Source: Balanoglossus misakiensis (lineage: Eukaryota; Animalia; Hemichordata). From it: a stretch of DNA of 64,000 nucleotides. The DNA is taken from the NCBI GenBank assembly GCA_040954595.2, contig CM082587.2:1201500-1265499 (forward strand), read 5' to 3'. The position numbers were made by a program, and so were the translations under genes. The notes beneath the pieces were generated by a model that saw only the letters and a program-made list of their open reading frames with translations, had not been told where the DNA came from and did no database searches. Of the stretch, positions 1-14,700 are shown piece after piece (the first letter of the stretch is position 1; each line of letters opens with the position of its first letter).

Positions 1-1759
1 GTCTCTGAAAAGAGTCGGTAAAATATTCTTCAAACAATTATCAACTGGGCATATTTCACTCACTTCTGCATCCGCTGCTCTATAACTGGTTTCACTATTT
101 TTAACCAATCATTCTGCTCACATTTACCTGTGAAATATACAAACAATTATTAAATATCTTCATTGAAGGGGCAAAAGCACTCACTTTTGACACTGAAATA
201 TTCTCAATCCTTAACTCCTGTATATAGATATAATATGTGAATACTACTGCAACACAATTGTTAGCATTGACCAAAATCAAAAGAACTGAACCTCACCTAA
301 ATCAATGGGTCCATCTTTGAGGCCGTCTAACTCATACAACCTGCCATCGATGGGTATGTATCCAACAAAATGAAAAACATCATCGTCCTTATTGGCTAGT
401 TTGGCATCAAATTCAAACATCTGATGTCTGGTGAAAAAGAGAAGAGATCAAATTGTGAGAAATCTGACATTATACACTGAAGACTGCAAAAATACAAAAT
501 ATCTGACATAGATAATTTTTTAATTCATCCAACAAGGTCATAGACCTACCTTGAAAATCCATTGTGGACTTGTTTTATAACTTCTGAATTGCTAAGTGAA
601 AGCCCTTTCATCTGTGAAGAATAAATTTCATTTTCAATTCCGTCAATTTTATCGTCAGTATAAAATGTTTATCAATTGGAAATCACCACATGTGGAAACA
701 TGGATCAGACGCTGAGAATCAGTAGACAAGAGACTGAATCTTACCGTGGCATCAAAACTCTGACTGAATTCTTTAAACTCGGACAAAGTTGGACCAAGCC
801 CAACATCTGAGTGGTTACAATTTAACAGAATACTCAGAATGGCTTGAGTGGCGCATGCGTTGTTGATGACCTGTAAAGACAGAGGGAAAAATAAAACCAA
901 GGCACAGAAACTAGGAGAAGAGAAATCAGCCAATCTTGGATGCTCACCCACTTTGCTGGGGGTACCCAAGAAGTCTGTAGACACACCCCCTTTGACAATA
1001 AGCGGGCATATATAAATATGAAATAACTTTATACCTTGAAGTTATGGGAGAAGAAATATTCTTTTTCGAAAGAAGCATGCTACGACATTTACATCATTTA
1101 TAATTAGTACCGCATACCTGTTTGGCGAAAAAGATCTTCTCTAGTCTGTTGTCCTGAACAACACTACCAGAAGGTTCATCCCCAGGTCTCCATTTAAATA
1201 GAAATATCAATCCATGAACTGGTCTGAAATTTATGAAATAAAATACAATGATATACACTATAAGACATTGCTCATTTTGTTCAGTGAGTTTACAAATGAG
1301 TTGCTGAGTTTTTATTGACACTTTTCACGCACGAAATCGACACAATACCATTAATCACTAGATTTTCCAAGACACTTATATTCGTATGAAGTTTGTGGTA
1401 CTCACTTAAAATTTGACAAGCTATCCTCATCCAAGCTCCAGATTTCCTCAACCTGTACTCCTTTACAACCTATGGAGGAAACAAAGGACATGATTCATGG
1501 ATACTGGAATTTGGAACGTTCCACGTACGGACACCGGGAAATGCATGACAAGCATGATTTGACAATACACGTGGACGAGATATAAACATCATACTGAAAC
1601 TGTTGATTGGGGTTGCATCTAAAACCTGACAACATTCCCGAAAGGTACAGAGACATGCGAAGCAAGTGTACACATCTTACCGAAACCCCGAATCAGCTCA
1701 GTAAACACTCCAGGATCGCTTTCGATGGTGCACCAGTCTCCAGCTGAACTACCCGCCAT
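1..1759 (-). CDS. UCHL5: Ubiquitin C-terminal hydrolase L5 (UCH37), multi-exon, 3' end beyond the left edge
   Basis: ATG at 1759. GT-AG exons give [66 protein letters not shown] (catalytic Cys) and [27 protein letters not shown] (catalytic His/Asp). Last visible exon ends near 64. Confidence 0.95.
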
Positions 1760-2126
1760 ATTGAAGAATGATTACACGCATGCGGATTGACCTTACACGA
1801 CCTCTGACACTGGCCAGGTCAAATGGGAGTCTTTTTTTGTGTCGTTCATCTTGTATGACTGATTTCTTATGTTTTAATCCTATAAAAATACCATTGTATT
1901 TAAATTAAACGAGTAAACTACATCGTCTGTGCAATTTTTATTTACTATATGCCCCAAAACATAAGGCTGGGACCCAAATAAGGGCTACATTTCAATAAAT
2001 TGCCACCTTTGCAAGCATTACAAATTGGCCTATCTGACTAAACTTTCATTAAGTTATTATACTAGATTATGTTTATTAATATTAGGCCTATATCTTGTGT
2101 AGTTGGTATGCACATTCGGTAATGTA

Positions 2127-5596
<3,470 letters not shown>

Positions 5597-6026
5597 TCAG
5601 CGCACTTGTGACGCAGGTGTCACTGAAGGAGTTCTGAACGCTCTCCCAAACTATCTGATTTGATAAGAAGTCGGCTGTTGATATTTAACAAATTGCCTTT
5701 ACAAGTACAGGTCACCCGATGTCAGTCGTTGCCAGGGAAACAGCCTTGTCACGATATTTTTTCTGTGAATACTGTACCTCCAGAGCACGATAACATAGAG
5801 TAAGTTTATTTTAACTTCGAAAAGACGGTGTGATTAATAAACAGAGTAAAATACAGCAAACTAGAGACTATTCAAGGCGTCACAGAAAGATGCTATATAA
5901 TTCTCACATGAAACAGAGGTTTAATGTGAACAGAAAATGTACTCTTTTTGTCTGTGGTCATGACTTTGTCAGTTATGTATACATGCTTATGCTAAGCATA
6001 CGTGCTGGTAGGAATGTTTTCTTCTT

Positions 6027-9000
6027 CTAGGACTCTAGGTCGATGATATTAGATAAAGTATTTCTTTTGGCCTTCCAAGTTTTGTACCGATTTAGGTCAA
6101 AATAAGTTTCAATCATCCTTCTTCCTGTAAACACAACAGACAGACAGAAACGATTCAACGATGGTCAAACAAACCGATCTAGACAATGTCAGTTGATGAT
6201 TGTGTACTTTAAACTCTAAAAACTCTATATTAATAAAATTGGTTTGCCTACCCGTGGGTGACAGTTCAAGAGGCGACTGTAGTCTCACAATATTTGGCCT
6301 GACGAGATCTTCAACTTCTTGGAATAACTACAAAGATATACCCATAAAGAAAATGATTAATACACGAGCTATTTTTCATAAGACGTGATGTGTCAAATAT
6401 TCAGATCGAGTGACCAAACACATGCAGTGAAGACATATAGATTATGTATCAATCTTTTATACCAACCATTTCTCCAGATGGCTGTCCCAGAACATTGCAT
6501 CCCATAATATGAATGATCGTGTCCGATATTGGTGGGATCTTACTCATCAACATACCAAGGTCTTTCCAAAATCTAGAAAAAGAACCACAGAACACTCAAA
6601 TATTATGTGTCATAAATCGAGACATATACAGAGACAGACCAAGATATTAAGGATTTGACCTCACTTACTTGACCATATCTTTTTCGTCTCCTTTCTTAAG
6701 TTTGGCAGATGAGCAACATCTCTTGTACAACAGATACAGACAGCCAGGTGTACCCTGACAGTATATGCATAATGTTCTGGCCTTGCATTCAGGTTTGTAC
6801 TCGTGTAATCTCTGTTTTACTGTTTCTGAAATTAAATAATTAAATAAAGAATAAGTCTGCAGATTAATACATGAACACACGTCTTCAGAAGCACACTGAC
6901 TTGACGGTAAGACTATTGCTTGTTTATTTGTTCCAACTTGTAATCAGACATAATTTGCAGAAATAGGAAATATAGTACAAGTTATTAGCTATTTGTGTCG
7001 ACTTACCAATAATATCATCGTAGGTGCCCTTTTCAAAATTCTGAAAGTAATAAAAAAAGAAAACCCATTCATGATAGACACCAAGACATGGAAGTCAAAC
7101 AGTTCCAACCAAGTCGAGTTCTCCAACAAAGATGACTTTATGCTTTGCAGAATCTGAGGCATCAACGTCTAAAACCTGGCCTGAGAGTGGTCAAAGACTA
7201 CAACAGATAAGAGTCATTGGTCTGTCGAATACTTACATATTGTATAACTATGACGTTGGGGCTCTGTTTTGTCACATGACGTAAATAATCTCCTTTCTTT
7301 ACGTTTGATGATATCAGCTGATGAAGAAACCAAACAAGAGAGGGTTGACAGAATGTACAAAATTGATTTGTTCACACATGGTATTAGAGAAAATAACCTG
7401 AGAACTGGCATGACCGAAGGAAAGCGGTGGCTGCCAAAATATGGCGGGGGACGGTACTCACCAGTACCCTTGGCAACGGAGTGCCACTCATGACGCTCGA
7501 CTCGATCTGTTGTTCAGACTGCCATCTGATAATGTCGATCTCACTTTGGAGAGCGTGGAAGGATTCTTTTAACGCAGCGCCTTAAGAAAGGAATACAACA
7601 ATTCAGTTACTCGACTGTGAGTAGATAAGGATAAAATTATGTTCAGAGAATATAAATCATGATTTTTTTCTCTAAAAAGCAAATGGATATATGATCTGTC
7701 TTACTGAGCTCTTCTGTGTTGAGATCGTCCTCGTCTTCATCTTCTCGCCACGGCCTTGCACGGAATTTTCGGTCTTCTTCTCGTTTCTTCAAAGCTAAAA
7801 GGGAACGAGAAAATGTCGGAAACTGGTCGGACGACGTTTTAAGACATGATCGGTTGTGTTTTTGCAACTTGTTTGTATTTTTTGGCATTGCAGTACGAAA
7901 ATTAACTGCTTATTTCGATGGGGGTTCAAAATACAAGGAAATTCCATTCATAATGGAGTGAGAGATACTTATATTTCTCTTGGTGAGTAACGTACCTTCA
8001 GATTTAGACTGGCCGGGGTCTGCATGAAAAACCACAACACAAATACGAAACATGTTAAATAAAATTTATTTAAAATTAAAAAAATTAGCTTATTAAATTC
8101 TCAACTGCACAATTTGTGTATAAGACAACTTGTAAACGATCAGAATAGTTATAAAAAGAAAACAAAAATTAAAAACCGTACGGATATCATTGAAAAAACG
8201 ACAAACGGCAGACTTACCATCAGTTTCCGGTTTTATGCTTTTCCTTCTTTTTCCTTCCATTTTTTCTTTCTCTTGCTTCTTACGAAATTGTCTGCTCAAA
8301 CCACAATAAAAATACTGCAATTACACAGGGCATGCATAAAATATCCATCCCCCCGTTTGTACCCGCACGTTTCAGTCATTAATGTTATAGATGCCTGATT
8401 AGCGTGGGATGTTGTATAGGAGCCAATTATCGCCTGTATAACGATATCACATGGTTGTGTGGACAATGTTTGTTGGTAGATTTACTTTTAAAATGTCATA
8501 GCCGCCCCCTATCCAACCTTGATTGATACCATAACATGAGGGTTTTTCAACTAATAGCAAAAAGGTTGCAACCTACTTTTGTATTTTGGCTGCCATCTCA
8601 TTTTCTTTCTGTTGCTGTTTTCGTGCCTGATGACCCCTGACAACACTGAAAGGAATGGAAATATGACGTAACTCAACAAATCATGGAAAAGCAGTCATAA
8701 ATGTTCACGTATTGGAAATACATGGCGAAATGCAAAAACATTGGGACATTTTTATGACAAAAGGCTGGTTTACATAAACCATGGAGACGGTGACTTTGGC
8801 CAATTTGTGACTACGACGATTTGTGGTGGTGGTGGTGGTGGTGGTGGTGATGATGATGATTCTTGTCAAACTACGTACCTTTGTATCTTGGTAACAGCTT
8901 GGATTTCAGCATCACCTGTTCCAGCAACGGATTTTCTTGGTGATTTTCGTGGCGATTTTGTACCATTCTGAACATTTGCAGTCTGGACATTTTCTTTATT

Positions 9001-9965
9001 GGTGGTTGAACTGGCACCGCTGTGTACTTCGCCTGTAATGGAATTGTCGGGAGTTGGTTAGGTTGGGTTTGGGTGATTGGGTGGGTGTACGGATCGGTGG
9101 GTAGGTTTTGATGACTGACTGACTGACTGACTGACTGACTGACTGACTGACTGAATGAACGAACGAATGAATGAATGAATGATGGACAGAGAATATCTAA
9201 CGTTTGATGAACTTCAATTAGAAATGTAACTGGCTGACCGACTTTAAATACCCCGAATCAAACATCATTCAGAAACAACAAAAGATTTCCTTACAACTGT
9301 TTAGCTTCAAAGGGGATTTAAAACCACTACAAGAGAAAATCCGCTAATCCCTAAGATTGATTAGTAGTTGTCATAGCGATAATCAATAATATTGTAAAAT
9401 GGATGTAGCTGTGAACAGCTAGGACGCTAAGTGACGTAATATCGACGGTAATTACCACCATGGTCATCTTTAACCCGAGTTGCGTTTTTGACAGTCAGTC
9501 GTTATAAACAGATAAATAGATTTAACAATACTGAGATTTACACGATACCAAGTAAAAGGTGGGCATTTGCAAGTGTGTCTTATGTATTTACCTGTGGGTG
9601 TTTCGTCGGAGTCCGTCTTGTTTTTCTTGGTGTTGTTTTGGAAGGCGCTTGTGACGCTAATAGTGAAAACAAGACAACAGGAACAGTGAGATCGACAGAA
9701 CTTTCGAATTAATTGTCAGGGAGTTTCGGGGACCATGGACAGTCCTTGTAAAAAATTGGTCAAAAAGTACTTGGTATTGAAAATAACATGAAGTCGTGAT
9801 TTCGATTACAGAACATGTTATACAAATCAATTTTATGATAGTAAATAACACGGCCATGAGAAGGACTAAAGCGACTCGCTCACAAGTTCTAGTTTCTTAC
9901 CTGGCCATCACAGCCACATTGCGCGCCACCTTTTCGCCTCTACTTTTTCCAAGAACGGTTCCCAT
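6027..9965 (-). CDS. NSMF: NSMF (NELF/Jacob) orthologue, 14 exons, about 403 aa
   Basis: Phase-consistent GT-AG exons: 9965-9901, 9656-9592, 9032-8879, 8645-8577, 8291-8218, 8019-7996, 7794-7705, 7580-7462, 7317-7237, 7040-7007, 6825-6669, 6572-6467, 6327-6252, 6124-6027 (1212 nt). The C-terminal part PRVLLISSNV...IYCQGTPGCLYLL...DMVKFWKDLGMLMSK...IHIMGCNVLGQPSGEMLF...QSPLELSPTGRRMIETYFDLNRYKTWK matches recalled human NSMF (PKVMLISSKV...IFCQGGPGHLYLL...DMIHFWKRLSRLMSK...IHIMGCYILGNPNGEKLF...ESPLELSAQGKQMIETYFDFRLYRLWK). Confidence 0.9.
8824..8860 (+). repeat. (GGT)n(GAT)n compound microsatellite in an NSMF intron
   Basis: Direct reading: tggtggtggt...tgatgatgat. Confidence 0.9.
9112..9183 (+). 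repeat. (GACT)n/(GAAT)n tetranucleotide microsatellite in an NSMF intron
   Basis: About 10 GACT units followed by GAAT/GAAC units. Confidence 0.92.
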
Positions 9966-10694
9966 ACTGAGACTCTTGTATAAAACTCAAAACGATGGAT
10001 CCTTGTGAGAAATTCTTGATATACTCTCTCCTGGTACCATCCTATATTATGTCTTGACCCAAGGTGAAAGGTTAAACCACTGGATCAATTTTGACGGGTA
10101 AATACAGATCGGCAAATATGCGTGGACATACCAAGAGGTATTGACAGGTAGTGACGTCATATCTTGGCTCTGACGTTCGCCTCACTACATAGAAAGTCGG
10201 GGCGTTTGGAGTACTTTAAATAATGCACCACGTCCGGGTAAGCTGCACTTAGACAGAGTAACACTAGGAAATTAAAACCGCTTGTAAGGAAGTTATAACG
10301 CCGGGCTCAATGGAATATGTGGAATTAATCAAATATAGTAATTCGGTCATATAGATGTAGCATTAAAAATATAATAGTCCGGTTCAGTCAGAATTGACTG
10401 TACTGGGAAATATTAAATTGTAATCATGCCACATCAGTAAAATTGACAGGGAAGTGTATGCTTACAATCACACGTTGCTTGACGGATCTCGCACCAGTTT
10501 CTGCAAACCTCGAGGAATAGAAGTTTCGTTCAACATAGAGTCCTGTAAATTGTCCCTGAGAAGTTCTCCAAAATCCTTGAACAGCCAGTCATCTTCGTCA
10601 TCTTTTTCTGCTACACTTCTCAACGTGTTTTGGATGGATAAGCGTCCGACACGATGCTTTCCCCGTGAAAATGGCGACGTGAATGAAATTATTC

Positions 10695-10800
10695 ATTCCA
10701 CGTGGTCACTCTGAACCAAAGAAAATGTCTACACACGTGTACACTTTGAAAAATTTCATTGGCTGACAGGAAAGCAGTGTGCTTGCTGATTGGTCACATC
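10695..10800 (-). promoter_or_regulatory. Candidate upstream NSMF promoter (two CCAAT boxes, two CACGTG E-boxes)
   Basis: ATTGG at 10758 and 10789, CACGTG at 10699 and 10734, just upstream of an exon-like block ending in a GTAAGC donor at 10465. Confidence 0.4.
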
Positions 10801-11708
10801 TAAAACCAGGTGTTGTTGACGGGTCGTGCAAGGACCATGATCAGACATCAAGCAGAGAGACTCCATATTAGGCCCAGCAGCCATGCTCATTTGAATATAG
10901 ATGACGCCATCTGGTATAGGTCACTGATAATCTCCCACTCACGACCCCGGATGTAGTCGTACTCAAAACTCAGCTGACAAGACCTTTTGGTCGACAAGAT
11001 CTACATATTATTTTCAGATAAAATGCATTTTTATTCATAATTGCTTTTTGATTGATTTGTGAAGAATATGACAAGAGTATGCCTTTGAATAAAGCGGCGA
11101 GAAGGTTTGGTAGGTGCATTGAATAATTAAAATACTGACAATCACATACATAGCTAAATGTTGAATAGAACTTCACTACCAGCTTAAAACAAATTCCATT
11201 TGTTTTCTTTTTCCTACCTGGACTGACAAGAGTTTTAGTGGTTTAAAAATATTTTCAAATTTATCAAATTTCAAGAAGTTATGAAAATAAAGTCATCAAG
11301 ATTTAATAATGAAAAATGAATAGATGAGTTGTCAGCTACATAACACTTTCTGTCCCTGAACGTATTTCCATGGTAACTCAAACACTGCTATGGTGACTAC
11401 TTGGAGAGCATGATCATTTTCAGAGTACAAAAACAGGGCAAAGATAAAATCAGTGATTTTTCATCAAATATTCATGGTTTCAGATAACTTAATTCACATA
11501 ATAAATAAATGTCTACTGTAGTTTACAGAAATTAAACAGTGCAAAACATTGTCTCGTCTTGGAATCCAGAAATCTTGACCAATCAAAGACAAGGTTTGAA
11601 TGAAACTGACAAATGGGAATGGCTTTGTCAAAATCAACCAATCAGGTGAATTCTTTAAATTGTATTGACCAATTACAGATCTTCTTTCAAGAGCATGTAT
11701 ATCAAGCT

Positions 11709-14700
11709 TTAGTATCCTTGTCTCAGACTGGCTGTTCCGAGGAAATATGACAGGACTCTATCGATGATGAATGACACAGTCAAATCGGCTGCTATGACCT
11801 CGAGTAGTAGCATGCGGAACTGAGGGAGAGAAAGAGAGAAAATGGTCATTGAATTATTTACTATTCGTTCCCAGTAAGACTATATGTATCTGTTTCCTGT
11901 CTAACTTCATCAAGAGTGAGCTAACCCTGCTCCACATCTGGTAAGTCAGTCAACATATTCCCCACTTGCAGGTGTCTGATTACTCACCTCATATGGGAAC
12001 TCTATAATTTCAAAATTAGCAGCAATATCAGGTAAATATCCGGAGACCAGAGCAACCACTGACAGCATCGATATACCAACACTGTACAACATTGGTTTGT
12101 TCTCTGTCAAACTTTCCATAAACGGGTGACCCTAGCAAGAAAGCAATCATTCATTCAGAAAACATCTCAGTGTAAACTCATACTGTTGTACTTTCAAGTA
12201 GAATCTCTCTGTCTCTTATCATTTGTGGTTGTCTGAAAAAAATGTCACATTGTTCATAAACTTAAAAGTTTAAATCTCACCTTGTAGTTGACAGCAAATG
12301 TACAGACTTGTAATGATATGGATATGATGTAAACCGTACTGTTGAGAAGATTGGGCTCAAAATCTTTCTCTAAATCTACAAATTTATCAGCCCTGAAAAA
12401 AATAGGAGAAAAAAATAAGCACTCACACCACATAGTTAGCGAGCGGTTAAAGTCTGATCAAGACAGTGCTAACCTTTATTCAACCTGTAGGAATACACTT
12501 TTCTTTCTGGAGTAACCAACCACAAATTATTCCAAATGTACATACCTTGGTGGAGACAAACTGTGGACTTCTCTTGTAAGGAATAGTAGACAATAGAAAT
12601 GCACAGAAAATTGCATTAGAACTGTCAATATGGTGTAGATATTGAATATGTTTGGTAATGGGCGACTCTTGGATAAAACTTTCAGAGGCTGCAAAAGGAG
12701 AAAGAAAAAGAGAGAATGATTATATTTCAGTTGAAATGATTTCTGTTTACAATTGTCTTCTGTACACTGCAGCCATATTGGATTACACTGTAAAACACAA
12801 ACTGATGACCTCTCTCACCTTTGATCTTGAAATGAATAAAAAGCAACCAGCCAATAGAAGTCCTTGAAGAGTTGCCTGACCATCACTGAACTTGACCCCG
12901 TCTAGATACAACACACTTTGACTATAGGCTAAGATTAAGGCATTTAAAGCTAGGATTTTGAACATCTGTAGAGTTGTCACCAAAGTACAACGACCTTGCT
13001 TGATGATATGGCACACTGAAAAAGAAGAAAAACAACAATAAATCTTTGTTAACATCATTCCTCAGAAGTTTTAAGATAAATAGGTAAGTGGTTGCCATGA
13101 CTCCTACTTACCAGAATGTACTGATGATGATTTGGATGTGAAAGGTGAGGCTATGCTGGCATCTCCAAGTTTGACAACTTGTGCCTGGTCTTGTTCTTCC
13201 AGTTCCTTCAACATATCATTGAGACGTTTCTGCAGAATGAGAAAAAAGTGGTTGGTACGCGACTCAAAGTAAAGGATTTTGACTACACTACACACTTTTC
13301 TCTTTTTCTTTAATCAAGGAAAAAGTTGACCTTTAACCTCTCACCTTTGAGTTCACAAGGTTATCACCCCTGGCAACAGCTCTAGTCTTAGCAGCTCTGC
13401 TGGCAGCTTTTCCAGTGGCTCCAGCCGGAACGACTCTATCTGGAAGCCCGCTTTTACTTTCACCATCAACTGGAGAACCCTGCGATGAAAATATCACAAA
13501 CAAATCAAATCCAAATTCTCATTCTTGATAACTCTTGATTTTATCATACATGTTTACTATCCCATGGAGTAAATGTAATGGACTATACTGAAATAAACAT
13601 GAAGTATACAAATCAATTCTGCTTTACCTCATCTTTCTTCTTCGTTTTCTTGTCCATGTATTTCTCTGGGGTAGAAGACAACAAGGCAACTCCACAGTGG
13701 GCATGTTTCAAAGCTCCAACATCATTGGTTCCATCTCCGCACATCATCGTGATGTAACCGAGACCCTTCAGAGATGTGATGACAAATTCCTGCACAGATG
13801 AAAGTTGCAGTGTAAGAGAAAAAACAAACATGGCCTAATGTACATGTAGATAGACATCTTTCATCTCCAGTTTTAGGGTGAAATGTACACTTACCTTCTG
13901 CTTTGGAGCCACTCTGGCAAAAACCCTGATGACCGGCAGAAGAGAATTCAAAAACTTCAGATTTACATTCTGTATTTGGGTCAAACCCTGTGAATAAAAA
14001 GAAGTGTCAGATTAGGGCTTCACAATACTTTTATTCATTTCTAACCACACCACAGTCTGGGCAACCATTCTGTGTTTGTACTTTATAATAACATAATCTC
14101 ATCTGCCATATTTGAGTGTGTGATATTTCTTACCTCTCCTGTCATACAGAGGTCATAATTCTTGACAAGTTCTTTGACCCCACCAGGTGGAATCATGGGT
14201 AATGTAATAGTGTCATCCACAGACTTCCAGTGCCAATGAGATTCTGTGGAAAAATGGTGGAAATTTCAAAATATTTTCCTTTGATGAAGAACTTGCTTAT
14301 TATGGAGAACTTTGATATTTCTTTCAACTGCTTTCAATTCCTGGAAAGATTTGCACTTTAAATGGAATATAATGGATAATCCATCTTACCTGTCTGATCA
14401 GGAGGTGAGAGGATGATCGTGTCTGATTTCTTGGTAAATTTCAGTTCCTTAGCAACATGACATGCAGTCAGAGGATTGTCACCAGTTATCATGGTTACCT
14501 AGACGACAACAGTCATGAGAGACGTTTTATTCACATGGAAAAAGATTTTGTTTGCTTATGAAAGATAACTGATGTGTTGTGCCTTGAGAACAAAATTCTG
14601 GTTGACACACAGAATTTAAGTAAAATCTTACATGATGAGAAGAATTCTGAATTTCTTTGACAGCTGCCTTGGAATCCACTTTCAAAGGACAGGAGATAAT

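Noticed and set aside
9476-9498. Minus-strand resemblance to mature miR-219 (tgactgtcaaaaacgcaactc)
   Set aside because: Seed mismatch, an extra base, and no flanking hairpin
10152-10159. Full CRE TGACGTCA about 190 bp upstream of the NSMF ATG (tempting given the Jacob-CREB link)
   Set aside because: About one such 8-mer is expected by chance in 64 kb, and another copy lies in a glucosidase intron at 2842
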